Positions 20,585-30,461 of a stretch of 64,000 nt of DNA are shown piece after piece. Under the pieces are notes generated by a model. That model did no database searches. It worked only from the letters and a program-made list of their open reading frames with translations, and had not been told where the DNA came from. Position 1 is the first letter of the stretch. Each line of letters opens with the position of its first letter. Source of the DNA: Cecembia sp. GTDB lineage: Bacteria; Bacteroidota; Bacteroidia; Cytophagales; Cyclobacteriaceae. The position numbers and the translations under genes were made by a program. The DNA is taken from contig NZ_SLAP01000103.1 of the NCBI RefSeq assembly GCF_007126775.1, forward strand, positions 7,322 through 71,321, given 5' to 3'.

Positions 20585-20668
20585 TACCCAGGGCCGGAGT
20601 CGAACCGGCACGAGTGTAACCTCATTGGTGTTTGAGACCAACGCGTCTACCAATTCCGCCACCTGGGC
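20585..20668 (-). tRNA. tRNA-Leu (anticodon CAA)
   Basis: Reverse complement is GCCCAGGTGGCGGAATTGGTAGACGCGTTGGTCTCAAACACCAATGAGGTTACACTCGTGCCGGTTCGACTCCGGCCCTGGGTA. It has a 7-bp acceptor stem (G1:U72), anticodon stem TTGGT/ACCAA with loop CTCAAAC, a long variable arm and T arm GCCGG-TTCGACT-CCGGC. CCA is not encoded. Confidence 0.9.
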
Positions 20669-20740
20669 ATTTCAAATTCGTCCGTTCCTTTCTGAACGGG
20701 ATGCAAATATGAAGAGTATTTTTTATCCTTGCAAGCCTCC

Positions 20741-21037
20741 CTAGGGTAGTTGTTCAATTTTTTCCACTGAAAATGCCTTTGGTTTATCCGAAAATAAGGT
20801 TTTTGTATAAGACCAAACACTTTTAAATAATTCAGAATCACGGTATTGGTTCAGTGCCTCTTCAGAATCCCAATGGCTGTAGGTCATAAAAATATTTTTA
20901 TGATTTTTGTCTCGCCAAAGTTCCAGGTATTGACAACCTGGGAAATGGCGTATTTTTTCTTTGTTGGCTTCAAAATTTACCATAAAAGCATGCACCTTGT
21001 CCTCCTGAAATGTCATGCGTACAATCCTCACCAACAT
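20741..21037 (-). CDS. antibiotic biosynthesis monooxygenase (ABM) domain protein
   Basis: 98-aa ferredoxin-like ABM pattern (MLVRIVRMTFQ...CQYLELWRD...FMTYSHWDSEEALNQY). Confidence 0.65.
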   Translation of the reverse strand: MLVRIVRMTFQEDKVHAFMVNFEANKEKIRHFPGCQYLELWRDKNHKNIFMTYSHWDSEEALNQYRDSELFKSVWSYTKTLFSDKPKAFSVEKIEQLP

Positions 21038-21813
21038 CAGCCTTCTGTTTCAAAATGAATAAATACCGGACTGTCATGTCTTAATCCCAGTAAATCTGCC
21101 CCATGTCCGTGATTGATACCGATTTCCAATAAACCCAGGCTATTAAAAAAGGCAAAACAGTCTCCAGGTTCAACCTGATCGTAAGTACTGTTCAGTCTGT
21201 TCAGGTTTTCTCTACCGAATTCTATCTTGAATCTTCCTGGATTGAGGGTGTCAAATACTTCTTTGGTAATATTGGTAAGCAGGTTACCATAATGATCCAC
21301 TCTGATTACATGGCCGGTAATCTGTTTTTTTGTGGCCTTGAAATTTCGGGGGATCATTTTTTTGATTGCAGTCAGCGGACCTCCAAAATCATGTATCGCA
21401 GCACCAGATGCCACTTTTGCTGCAATGGGGGCCAAAATATCCATGGCTGGGAATGTGCTTTGTTGCACATGGATATCTGCAAATTTAACGATAATGCCAG
21501 GTTCAGATTCCGACAGCAGGCTTAGGACGCCATTATTCGGTCCAATAAAAATATGATCCTCCAGTTTGATACCTATGTAACCCTCGGTCATGTTACTTGT
21601 GGCATTCATGGCTACTAAATGAACAGTCCCTTTGGGGAAATCATCATAAACTGACTTAAGTACAAAGGCAGCGTGCGCTACATCATAGTTTTCAACCTTA
21701 TGGGTAATGTCTACAATGTTCAACTGAGGGTTGATGGATAACATTTTTGCTTTTACTGCAGGTACATAATAATCGCTATCTCCAAAATCTGAGGTGAATG
21801 TTATCAAAGCCAT
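21037..21813 (-). CDS. SAM hydroxide adenosyltransferase / SAM hydrolase (DUF62) family protein
   Basis: The N-terminal ITFTSDFGDSDYYV motif and 258-aa length are typical of the fluorinase/chlorinase-related DUF62 family. Confidence 0.7.
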   Translation of the reverse strand: MALITFTSDFGDSDYYVPAVKAKMLSINPQLNIVDITHKVENYDVAHAAFVLKSVYDDFPKGTVHLVAMNATSNMTEGYIGIKLEDHIFIGPNNGVLSLLSESEPGIIVKFADIHVQQSTFPAMDILAPIAAKVASGAAIHDFGGPLTAIKKMIPRNFKATKKQITGHVIRVDHYGNLLTNITKEVFDTLNPGRFKIEFGRENLNRLNSTYDQVEPGDCFAFFNSLGLLEIGINHGHGADLLGLRHDSPVFIHFETEG

Positions 21814-21918
21814 ATAAGCAAGTCCGTTAAAATTTTATATTTTTGTACCAGGTGTGAACAAAAATATAAATTTATCAATTACACCATTAAGAACAAATCA
21901 TAATTCAAAGCAATCGGA

Positions 21919-22908
21919 TTGGTAGAAAAAGTAATTACTTTAGAAAATATTCCCCTGCTGGATTTTTTGGGTATGGGAAATGAGAATATCAAGCAGGTTT
22001 CGGCTGCATTCCCTCAGAGCAAAATTGTATCCAGGGGCAATGAGATAAGGATTCAGGGCAGAGCACCAGAAATCCTTCGTATCAACGACCTACTTAACAT
22101 GCTGCTTCAGCATTTTCATCGTTTTGGACACATCACCCCTGAAAATATCAAGGAATATATCGCTTTGGAAGGGGCTCCTTTTGAGGAAAACCAAAAAAAT
22201 GATGTGATCATATATGGCAATAAGGGGTTAGTAGTGAAACCAAAATCTGCTAATCAGAGAAAACTTGTGGAAGCTTCTCTTAAAAATGATCTTGTTTTTG
22301 CTTTAGGACCTGCGGGTACAGGGAAAACTTATATTGCCGTGGCTTTGGCCGTCAGGGCTTTGAAAAATAGAGAAGTAAAAAGAATCATCATTACCCGACC
22401 GGCTGTAGAAGCTGGAGAAAATCTTGGGTTTTTGCCGGGAGATCTTCAGGAAAAACTTGATCCTTATCTCAGACCAATTTACGATGCCTTGAGTGATATG
22501 GTGCCCTCAGAAAAATTGAAATTTTATCAAGAAACAAGGGTTATCGAAATCGCGCCATTGGCATACATGAGGGGACGTACCCTTCACGATGCTTTTGTCT
22601 TGCTGGATGAGGCCCAGAATACCACAGGCGAGCAGATCAAAATGTTTTTGACACGTATGGGGCCGAACTCCAAGGTCATAATTACGGGAGACCAAACACA
22701 GGTAGATTTGCCAAAAAGACAAAAATCAGGTCTCAGAGAAGCACTGCATGTACTGAAAGATGTCAAAGGTATTGGAATGGTTTACCTTGGTGGTAAAGAT
22801 GTCATCCGACATAGGCTGGTAAAATCCATTATTGAGGCTTATGATAAAATTGAATCTCAAAAAGAATCCCAAAAAGATGAAGATAAGCGTGGAAAAGGTC
22901 CTGAATAA
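21919..22908 (+). CDS. phoH: PhoH-family ATPase
   Basis: Walker A GPAGTGKTY, DEAQN Walker B-like motif, 329 aa. A TTG start is proposed by the ORF track, so the start is uncertain. Confidence 0.85.
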   Translation: MVEKVITLENIPLLDFLGMGNENIKQVSAAFPQSKIVSRGNEIRIQGRAPEILRINDLLNMLLQHFHRFGHITPENIKEYIALEGAPFEENQKNDVIIYGNKGLVVKPKSANQRKLVEASLKNDLVFALGPAGTGKTYIAVALAVRALKNREVKRIIITRPAVEAGENLGFLPGDLQEKLDPYLRPIYDALSDMVPSEKLKFYQETRVIEIAPLAYMRGRTLHDAFVLLDEAQNTTGEQIKMFLTRMGPNSKVIITGDQTQVDLPKRQKSGLREALHVLKDVKGIGMVYLGGKDVIRHRLVKSIIEAYDKIESQKESQKDEDKRGKGPE

Positions 22909-23314
22909 GGAGCAGCTTGATAAGGTGTTTCAAATTAGGGAAGATGTTTTTGTAATTGAACAAGAAGTGGATCCTGCAGAAGAATACGATGAATTTGAGG
23001 AAACATCCACACATTTTCTGGCCAAATTAGATGACCAATCCGCTGGTACCGCAAGGTGGAGGTTTACGGAGAAAGGAATCAAATTAGAGCGTTTTGCCGT
23101 ATTAAAGGCAATGCGTGGGAAAGGCGTAGGGCAGGCATTGGTAAAGGCGGTTTTGGAAGATATTTCCAGCCATCCGGAGTCAAATGGGAAAAAGTGTTAC
23201 ATGCATGCCCAACTAGATGCCATTCCCTTGTATGCTAAGTTTGGGTTTAAACAGGTAGGTGAAATGTTTGAAGAGTGCAACATATTTCACTACAAAATGG
23301 AATTATATTTGTGA
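22877..23314 (+). CDS. GNAT family N-acetyltransferase
   Basis: ORF 22832..23314 trimmed to the ATG at 22877 (MKISVEKVLNKEQL...). Acetyl-CoA motif RGKGVGQALV. Overlaps the phoH 3' end by 32 nt. Confidence 0.75.
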   Translation: MKISVEKVLNKEQLDKVFQIREDVFVIEQEVDPAEEYDEFEETSTHFLAKLDDQSAGTARWRFTEKGIKLERFAVLKAMRGKGVGQALVKAVLEDISSHPESNGKKCYMHAQLDAIPLYAKFGFKQVGEMFEECNIFHYKMELYL

Positions 23315-23349
23315 ATCAAATAGATCTTTATCTTCTAAATTTAAACATT

Positions 23350-23889
23350 ATGAAAAAATTATTATTTGTACTGCCATCACTTTTATTAATCTCCCAGCTC
23401 ACTTTAGCCCAATCTCTTGAAGATCCAAAAGGTGAAGTAAGGCTAAATTTTCTCAATACCATTATTATAGGATCAGTGGAGTTGGGTTATGAACATTTTG
23501 TAGGCCATGATCAGTCTATAGGCCTGGAACTGCATTTAAATGATCGTTTTAGCTATAGAAGTGCTTCAGGTGGAAGGGACTTCGATGCGACATCTATTTT
23601 GCTTTCCTACAATTTTTATTTTGCAGGAGATGAGAATGGAAAACTGTACATTTCTCCTTACTTTAAATACAGGTTTGGAGAATTTCGTGAAACCGTAGAT
23701 GGAGCTGGAGTAACCGTCACAGATTTGAATAGTGGTTACATTGGACTCACAGGTGGATACAGATGGAATTACAACAATTTTGCATTTGGTCCTTTTATCT
23801 CTGTAGGCAGGGGTTTTTCATCCGAGGTAGCCGATCGTTTCAATGCAGTAGAATTAAAAGCAGGTTTGAATGTAGGATATAGGTTCTAA
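23350..23889 (+). CDS. small outer membrane beta-barrel protein (hypothetical)
   Basis: ORF trimmed to the ATG at 23350 (MKKLLFVLPSLLLISQLTLAQ). Alternating amphipathic strands and a terminal ...NVGYRF aromatic residue. Confidence 0.55.
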   Translation: MKKLLFVLPSLLLISQLTLAQSLEDPKGEVRLNFLNTIIIGSVELGYEHFVGHDQSIGLELHLNDRFSYRSASGGRDFDATSILLSYNFYFAGDENGKLYISPYFKYRFGEFRETVDGAGVTVTDLNSGYIGLTGGYRWNYNNFAFGPFISVGRGFSSEVADRFNAVELKAGLNVGYRF

Positions 23890-23916
23890 AGAATTTATCC
23901 GATTAATTTATACCAT

Positions 23917-23942
23917 AAGGGGACTATATAGTCCCCTTTTTT
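23917..23942 (+). terminator. intrinsic terminator
   Basis: Stem AAGGGGACT/AGTCCCCTT followed by a T run. Confidence 0.75.
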
Positions 23943-23978
23943 ATTTTTTCTATGTAATTTCCATCAAATTTTTATAAG

Positions 23979-25943
23979 ATGGTTTTTGCGGATTTTCCAT
24001 TTTTAAGGTACCTGGTTTTCTTTATATTAGGTATTCTTTTATACCCATTATTTGGGTGGGTGACCTTGGAAGGTTTGTCCTTGGTTTTGGGGTTTTCTTG
24101 GTTTTTCTATTTATCAATAACAATCTATGTTGAGAAAAACCGATTGTTTTCGGAGATTTCTTGGGTTTTCCCACTATTGGCATATTTACAATTGGTATTG
24201 GCTGGTATGCTTTTCTCCCACCTTCGTGACTTTCAAAACAACCCAGATCATCTGATCCATTCGGTAGAAAAAATGGATGGTTATTTGGCGCTTGTGATTG
24301 GACAGGATGAGGCCAAGCCCAACTCTACTGCCAATAGGCTGCTACTCAAAAAAACAATTGTAGGTGGTGAAATTAAAAATAAAAAAGGCGAAATATTGGT
24401 TTATCACCGTTCTGATACAGCTTTACTGCCCGGGGATTTTATTTGGGTTTGGGGTCATCCACAGACCATTCCGGGACCAACCAATCCCTATGAATTTGAT
24501 TACCAGCAATTCACAATCAGACAAGGTGTGGCGCACAGGCATTTTATTGGAGAGCGATTTGAGATATTGGGAACTGTTCCAGATTTCCCCATAGAGGCTT
24601 TTTTTATCAATTTAAGGGCTAAAATCATGGAACGTTTTGAGGTGTTATTCCAGGATACCAGAGCGATTCAAATAGCCAATGCCCTGCTATTGGGGCAGAA
24701 AAAATCATTGGACAGGGAACTCAGTGAAGCTTATGCCACTGCAGGGGCCATGCATGTTTTGGCAGTTTCCGGTTTACATGTAGGCATCGTTTATGGATTT
24801 TTCTTCCTTTGGATCAAACCCTACAGATTAGAAAGGAGAAGGCGTATTTTATACCTTTCTGGAATTATTCTTTTGATCTGGGGATATGCCTTATTGACCG
24901 GAATGTCTCCATCTGTTATGAGAGCTGCAACCATGTTCTCTCTGATGGCATTGGCTCAGATGAAATCCAGAAGTCCTTCTATTTTTAATGCTATCGCACT
25001 TTCAGCCCTGATACTATTGCTTTATGATCCCAATTTGATATATGCTGTGGGCTTTCAATTGTCTTATATTGCCTTATTGGGAATATTATTGATTCAGCCG
25101 TTTTTGGTCAAGATTTGGCAACCTAAGTATAGGATACTGGATTATTGTTGGCAAATCAGTACAGTAGCAGTAGCTGCTCAGTTGGCAACTTTCCCTCTTT
25201 CTGCTTACTATTTCCATATTTTCCCCTCTTATTTTTTGATTTCTAATCTGGTGGCAATTCCTGGTGCCTTCTTGATTATGAGTATAGGTGTCCCATTTAT
25301 GTTATTTTCCAATATTAGCATCATAGGTCCAAGTCTGGCTTTTTTGACCGAACGGGTTATCAAGCAGTTTAATAATTTGGTTTTGGGTATCCAATACCTT
25401 CCTGGTTCTAGATTATCGGGCATCTACCTCGAAACCCAAGAGGTTTTCCTCTACTTTGGTTTTATGGGATTGATCTTGTGGTTGTGCCATAGGCCCCACA
25501 AGCTTTTACTTTGGGGGATTGTATTTGGTTTTTTTCTTGTAGGACTTTTTCGTTTAGTTTACCAACCTCTGAAGCAGTCAAAAAATATACTAACAGTTTA
25601 TCATTTGGATAAGGGTATTGCCATGGATTACCGCCAATATGAGGCACTTTTTGTTTTTGATAAGGCGGATATTTCAGCCATTAGCTACAAGGTATTGCCG
25701 CATAGAGAAAGGTTTGGGGTTGAAAAGAAATATAGCTTGAAAGCGTTTGAGAAAGAAAACAAGCAGGTCGTTTTATTACCCAATGGAGCAATTCTTCCCT
25801 TTAGTGAAGATGATGTGGAACTGGTCAATATGTCTTTTTATCCTCATGGAATTAATGCCTGGATGGAGAGGAAATGGGTGCCTGTATCCATCTCTGATTC
25901 TATTTCGGTGAACCCCACCGCTTATAGGCTGGTTTTTGACTGA
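23979..25943 (+). CDS. comEC: ComEC/Rec2 family competence membrane protein
   Basis: 654-aa polytopic protein with the conserved competence-domain segment AGAMHVLAVSGLHVGIV. No C-terminal metallo-beta-lactamase motif was noticed. Confidence 0.75.
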   Translation: MVFADFPFLRYLVFFILGILLYPLFGWVTLEGLSLVLGFSWFFYLSITIYVEKNRLFSEISWVFPLLAYLQLVLAGMLFSHLRDFQNNPDHLIHSVEKMDGYLALVIGQDEAKPNSTANRLLLKKTIVGGEIKNKKGEILVYHRSDTALLPGDFIWVWGHPQTIPGPTNPYEFDYQQFTIRQGVAHRHFIGERFEILGTVPDFPIEAFFINLRAKIMERFEVLFQDTRAIQIANALLLGQKKSLDRELSEAYATAGAMHVLAVSGLHVGIVYGFFFLWIKPYRLERRRRILYLSGIILLIWGYALLTGMSPSVMRAATMFSLMALAQMKSRSPSIFNAIALSALILLLYDPNLIYAVGFQLSYIALLGILLIQPFLVKIWQPKYRILDYCWQISTVAVAAQLATFPLSAYYFHIFPSYFLISNLVAIPGAFLIMSIGVPFMLFSNISIIGPSLAFLTERVIKQFNNLVLGIQYLPGSRLSGIYLETQEVFLYFGFMGLILWLCHRPHKLLLWGIVFGFFLVGLFRLVYQPLKQSKNILTVYHLDKGIAMDYRQYEALFVFDKADISAISYKVLPHRERFGVEKKYSLKAFEKENKQVVLLPNGAILPFSEDDVELVNMSFYPHGINAWMERKWVPVSISDSISVNPTAYRLVFD

Positions 25944-26022
25944 TATGTTTTGTCAGCATCCTTTGGTTGCCTATCTTTCTATATATTTAACCCGGATTTT
26001 ACACCGCAAATAAATTAATAAA

Positions 26023-26802
26023 ATGAGTGAACAGCCCCTAATTATCTATAAAAAAGACCGGATTGGCTACATTCAGCTCAATAGACCTGAAAAGAGGAAT
26101 GCTCTTAATGCAGAATTGGTCAGCGCTTTAAAGAAAGCCATTCAGGAGTTTGAAAATGATCGGAATGTCAAAGTGATGGTGATTAAGGCCTCAGGTAAAG
26201 CTTTCTGTTCCGGTGCAGACTTGGCCTACCTTCAATCTCTCCAAAGCAATACCTATGAAGAAAATCTGGAAGACAGCAATAAGCTGAAATCACTTTTTTA
26301 TAAAATTTATACCTCACCGAAAATAATCATTGCAGAGATTCAGGGGCACGCACTTGCTGGTGGTTGTGGTTTGGCTACGGTTTGTGATTTTTCTTTTACT
26401 GTTCCAGCGGCCAAATTTGGTTACACCGAAGTAAAAATCGGATTTATTCCAGCTATCGTTAAGGTATTTTTGATCCGTAAAATAGGAGAGGGAAAGGCCA
26501 AGCAACTTTTGTTGGATGGGGATTTGATATCCGCGGAAGAAGCCAAGGCAATGGGTCTGGTCAATTGGATAGTAGGTACTGATGAACTCGGGCAGAAGGT
26601 ATATGATTATGCGCAGAAACTGATTCGTCAAAACTCTGCGCAATCCATGGCTCTTACTAAGGAAATGATAGGGCGGGTCCAGGAAAAGGATCTGGAAGAA
26701 GGCTTAGCATATGCAGCCACCATGAATGCCAAAGCAAGAGGAACCCAAGATTGTAAAAAGGGTATCGCTGCATTTTTAAATAAGGAATCAATCAATTGGT
26801 GA
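26023..26802 (+). CDS. enoyl-CoA hydratase/isomerase family protein
   Basis: Crotonase fold pattern (LNRPEKRNALN...GKAFCSGADL...ALAGGCGLA), 259 aa. Confidence 0.85.
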   Translation: MSEQPLIIYKKDRIGYIQLNRPEKRNALNAELVSALKKAIQEFENDRNVKVMVIKASGKAFCSGADLAYLQSLQSNTYEENLEDSNKLKSLFYKIYTSPKIIIAEIQGHALAGGCGLATVCDFSFTVPAAKFGYTEVKIGFIPAIVKVFLIRKIGEGKAKQLLLDGDLISAEEAKAMGLVNWIVGTDELGQKVYDYAQKLIRQNSAQSMALTKEMIGRVQEKDLEEGLAYAATMNAKARGTQDCKKGIAAFLNKESINW

Positions 26803-26803
26803 T

Positions 26804-28714
26804 TTGAGAGCCCAAGCCTACCATATCCTGCAAACTGTTTTTGGTTATAGCGATTTCCGTCCTGTACAGTTGGAAATTGTCATGGCAGCTATGGAGGGCA
26901 GGGATTGTTTGGCTTTACTCCCTACTGGAGGAGGGAAATCGATTTGTTTCCAAGTACCTGCGTTGGCCAAAGAAGGGATCTGTTTGGTTGTAAGTCCGCT
27001 CATTGCGCTGATGAAGGATCAGGTAGATAATCTTCGAAAACGGGGGGTCTTGGCCGCTGCAGTTTACTCCGGGATGGGCAAAAGAGAAATTGATACCATT
27101 TTAGACAATTGTATTTACGGAAATTACAAATTTTTATATGTTTCTCCGGAAAGACTGAAAACTGAACTATTTATCGAAAGGTTCAAGAAGATGAAAGTCA
27201 ATCTGATAGCAGTGGATGAGGCGCATTGTATTTCGCAATGGGGCTATGATTTTAGGCCACCTTATTTAGAAATAGCTCAAATCAGAGGGTATCATCCATC
27301 TATTCCCTGTCTTGCACTGACTGCATCTGCTACCCTAGAGGTAAAAGGAGATATTTTGGAAAAACTGGAATTAAAAAATCCAGCCGTTTATGTTCGTTCG
27401 TTTTCAAGAAAAAACCTCAGTTATGCCGTCCGGATGGCAGAAAATAAACTGGAAAAAGCCATTGAAATTTTGAAAAAAATTAAAGGTGCAGCCATTGTCT
27501 ATGTGAGGAATAGAAAGGGTACCAAGGAAATGGCTTTCCTTTTGAATCAGATGGGTATTCCTTCCACTTTTTATCATGCAGGATTGGACAATTCCGTCCG
27601 TGAGGCCCGTCAGAATGAGTGGAAACAAAATCGCCTTCGCGTGATGGTAGCAACCAATGCCTTTGGAATGGGGATAGATAAGCCGGATGTCAGATTGGTA
27701 TTGCACCTGGACTTACCGGAAAATTTAGAAAACTATTATCAGGAAGCCGGAAGGGCCGGAAGGGATGAAAAAAAAGCTTATGCAATACTCATCACGCACA
27801 GACAAGATCTATCAGTTTTGGAGGAACGGGCGGCGATGGCTTATCCTCCCACTGATTTCCTAAAAAAAGTTTACCAAAGCTTGGCCAACTATTTTCGGAT
27901 GGCAGTGGGCAGCGGATTTATGAGTAGTTTTGATTTCGATCTGTCAAGCTTTTCTTCAACCTATAATTTGGATTTATTGTCATGCTATAATGCGCTAAAG
28001 GTTTTGCAGGAAGAAGGCTTGCTTGAGTTGAATGAGAGCTTTTTTAGCCCTTCTACACTTAAATTCCTTGTAGATCAGACAAAGCTATATGAGTTTCAGA
28101 TTGCCAACGCAAAGCTTGACCCTTTGATTAAAATCCTGCTGCGCTCTTATGGAGGGGAATTATTTATGGAATTCTTGAAAATTCAGGAAGGGAAGTTGGC
28201 CAAAACCCTCAATATTCCGGAAAGGGAATTGATCAGGATGCTCGAACACATGGATAATGTAGGGGTTATTTCTTATAGTAAAAGAAAGGACCAACCCCAG
28301 ATTACTTTTTTGACAGAACGGTACGATGCCGGTAAACTGCCTCTAAATTTAAAGCGTATTGAAGAAAGGAGGAAAAATGCCATCAGTAAAGCTGCTTCAA
28401 TGCTTGCCTATGTAAACCAGGATAGGGTGTGCAGATCCAATCAGATTTCCTTTTATTTTGGAGAAGATACAGATGAGAATTGTGGAATCTGTGATGTCTG
28501 TGTAAGCCTTAAAAAAGAACTGGTACAGGAAGAAGAAATGATCAAAAAAAAGATAATTCAAACCTTAAAGGCAGGAACCTTGTTTTCTATTCATACCATT
28601 CAAGATGTTCCCGGTTTAGATAATGACCTTATCAGTATGAAGGTTTTACGTAATTTAGAGGAGGAAGGAATAATCACCACCAGAAATGATGGTAAATATA
28701 AACTTAACGGTTAA
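26804..28714 (+). CDS. recQ: RecQ-family ATP-dependent DNA helicase
   Basis: FRPVQLEIV, PTGGGKS, DEAHCISQWGYDFRP and the RecQ C-terminal zinc cluster (CRS...CGICDVC). TTG start proposed. Confidence 0.85.
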   Translation: MRAQAYHILQTVFGYSDFRPVQLEIVMAAMEGRDCLALLPTGGGKSICFQVPALAKEGICLVVSPLIALMKDQVDNLRKRGVLAAAVYSGMGKREIDTILDNCIYGNYKFLYVSPERLKTELFIERFKKMKVNLIAVDEAHCISQWGYDFRPPYLEIAQIRGYHPSIPCLALTASATLEVKGDILEKLELKNPAVYVRSFSRKNLSYAVRMAENKLEKAIEILKKIKGAAIVYVRNRKGTKEMAFLLNQMGIPSTFYHAGLDNSVREARQNEWKQNRLRVMVATNAFGMGIDKPDVRLVLHLDLPENLENYYQEAGRAGRDEKKAYAILITHRQDLSVLEERAAMAYPPTDFLKKVYQSLANYFRMAVGSGFMSSFDFDLSSFSSTYNLDLLSCYNALKVLQEEGLLELNESFFSPSTLKFLVDQTKLYEFQIANAKLDPLIKILLRSYGGELFMEFLKIQEGKLAKTLNIPERELIRMLEHMDNVGVISYSKRKDQPQITFLTERYDAGKLPLNLKRIEERRKNAISKAASMLAYVNQDRVCRSNQISFYFGEDTDENCGICDVCVSLKKELVQEEEMIKKKIIQTLKAGTLFSIHTIQDVPGLDNDLISMKVLRNLEEEGIITTRNDGKYKLNG

Positions 28715-29307
28715 TGGCTTCATTTATAGACGATGTTTTGGGGCGTCTTTTTCCCAAAAAAGCAAAATCACTATTTGTAAAAGAAAACTTCAAGCAAACT
28801 GATGTAGACAGAGAGGCGGGTGCGGACTGGGTATTGTCAGAGGAAGGCAAATCCATAATGGCTTTAATTGAAAAAAATTATCATTTTAAAACATCAGGAA
28901 TGAATAGTTATCCTGAAGTGCATATTTTGAATTCTCCCTATGCCAATGGCTTTGCTGTTTCCTTTGACAGTCCATTGAATGAAAAAACTTTTTCCTATCT
29001 TTTCTTTGCTTTTGGAAGGCGAGTGTTAGATTTGGGATATAATCAGGTTAGTCTTGACAGAAAAATCGAAGAAATGAAAGATTTTGTCAAAACTACAGAA
29101 AAGCAATATTTTAAGCCGCCTTTGAGTAATGTCGATTTTAGTCAAAAGATAGACCAGTTGTATGGTAATATCAGTGTTGAAAAGGTGAGTGTGAATGATA
29201 AGCCCAGTTTCCTAAAGGTTTTGGTTACCGTTTACTCTGATCATTTGTACCAGAAAGCCAAACCCTTTGACCAATTTATTGAGCGGTTATTCGAAACAAA
29301 CAATTGA
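28714..29307 (+). CDS. hypothetical protein
   Basis: 197-aa ORF whose ATG overlaps the recQ stop (TAATG). No recognised motif. Confidence 0.45.
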   Translation: MASFIDDVLGRLFPKKAKSLFVKENFKQTDVDREAGADWVLSEEGKSIMALIEKNYHFKTSGMNSYPEVHILNSPYANGFAVSFDSPLNEKTFSYLFFAFGRRVLDLGYNQVSLDRKIEEMKDFVKTTEKQYFKPPLSNVDFSQKIDQLYGNISVEKVSVNDKPSFLKVLVTVYSDHLYQKAKPFDQFIERLFETNN

Positions 29308-29308
29308 T

Positions 29309-29860
29309 ATGGACAGACTTTCTCTGAGATCAAATTTAGAAAACTACAGGACGCCATTCGAAGAAGAGGCTTCCTTCATCCCTGATTTTGTCACATTGAC
29401 TTATGATGATAAGGCTTTTGTCAGAGAAAGGCTTGAGGGACATTTTACCGGTTCAGCATGGATTGTAAACAAAATGAGGACACATGCCCTGTTGACCCTG
29501 CACAAAAAACTTAATAGGTGGTTGCAGCTTGGAGGACATGCTGATAGCAATGAAAATTTATTGGAGGTCGCTTTTACTGAGGCAAAGGAAGAGAGCGGAC
29601 TAACTTCACTAAGGATTGTTGATCCAGGTATCTTTGATATCGACAGACATGTTATTCCCCAAAAGGAGGATGTACCTGAACATTTCCATTATGATGTTAG
29701 ATTTCTGATTGAGGCGGAAATGAACGAACCACTGGTATTGTCCGAAGAAAGCAAGGCGCTGGCATGGATCCCATTTGATGCGGTTGATGACCTTGTAGGT
29801 TTTAATGCGTCGATTATCAGAATGCTTGAGAAAACAAGCAAGTCTGAGATTTTGCTTTGA
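29309..29860 (+). CDS. NUDIX hydrolase
   Basis: ORF trimmed to the ATG at 29309. Nudix box GGHADSNENLLEVAFTEAKEESGL. Confidence 0.75.
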   Translation: MDRLSLRSNLENYRTPFEEEASFIPDFVTLTYDDKAFVRERLEGHFTGSAWIVNKMRTHALLTLHKKLNRWLQLGGHADSNENLLEVAFTEAKEESGLTSLRIVDPGIFDIDRHVIPQKEDVPEHFHYDVRFLIEAEMNEPLVLSEESKALAWIPFDAVDDLVGFNASIIRMLEKTSKSEILL

Positions 29861-29877
29861 TATCAAGCATAAATAAT

Positions 29878-30312
29878 ATGAAAAAATACAGCATAGAGGA
29901 TGTCAGGTCCTCTTTTTCTTTTTCTGTTCCAGTCCAAATTCGATTCTCCGACATTGATGGGTACATGCATGTCAATAATGGTGTTTATTTCAATTATTAT
30001 GAACACGCCAGAGCAGCTTATCTTAATCAAGTCTGTGAATGGGACATCATGAAAACAGGGACTGTGGTTGCCAATATCAGTATCGATTATATGGTACCTG
30101 TGCACCTAATGGATTCTTTGGAAGTTTACGTGAAATGCACACATTTAGGCAATACATCTTTCGTTTTGGAGCAGGTGCTTTTGGGGATAACTGAGAGGGG
30201 AGCGGCCAAAATATTTTCTCAGGCCATAGTTACCATGGTTTCAGTGGATATGCAAACGATGAAACCCGTCCCAGTGCCTGCTCATTATGCCCTAAAATTG
30301 TTGGCTGAATAG
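29878..30312 (+). CDS. acyl-CoA thioesterase (4HBT/YbgC-like hotdog fold)
   Basis: The RFSDIDGYMHVNNGVYFNYYEHAR pattern is typical of the 4HBT family. Start chosen at the internal ATG (MKKYSIEDV). Confidence 0.7.
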   Translation: MKKYSIEDVRSSFSFSVPVQIRFSDIDGYMHVNNGVYFNYYEHARAAYLNQVCEWDIMKTGTVVANISIDYMVPVHLMDSLEVYVKCTHLGNTSFVLEQVLLGITERGAAKIFSQAIVTMVSVDMQTMKPVPVPAHYALKLLAE

Positions 30313-30461
30313 GCATGAGGTTTTTTATTCATTATCTTTGTGCGGGGAGAATAAAGAAAAAAATAAGTTTGGATGGGAAATGCTAAATCAGTTTAGAGGT
30401 CTTAATTTCTTAGAACTTCTTGTTAAAAGTACCGTAGTAAAAAGGCAAAAACTAAAAAAAA

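Noticed and set aside
20450-20841. ORFs 20450..20662 and 20647..20841 on the minus strand
   Set aside because: They run through the tRNA-Leu gene, its terminator and the duplicated fragment, so they are not coding.
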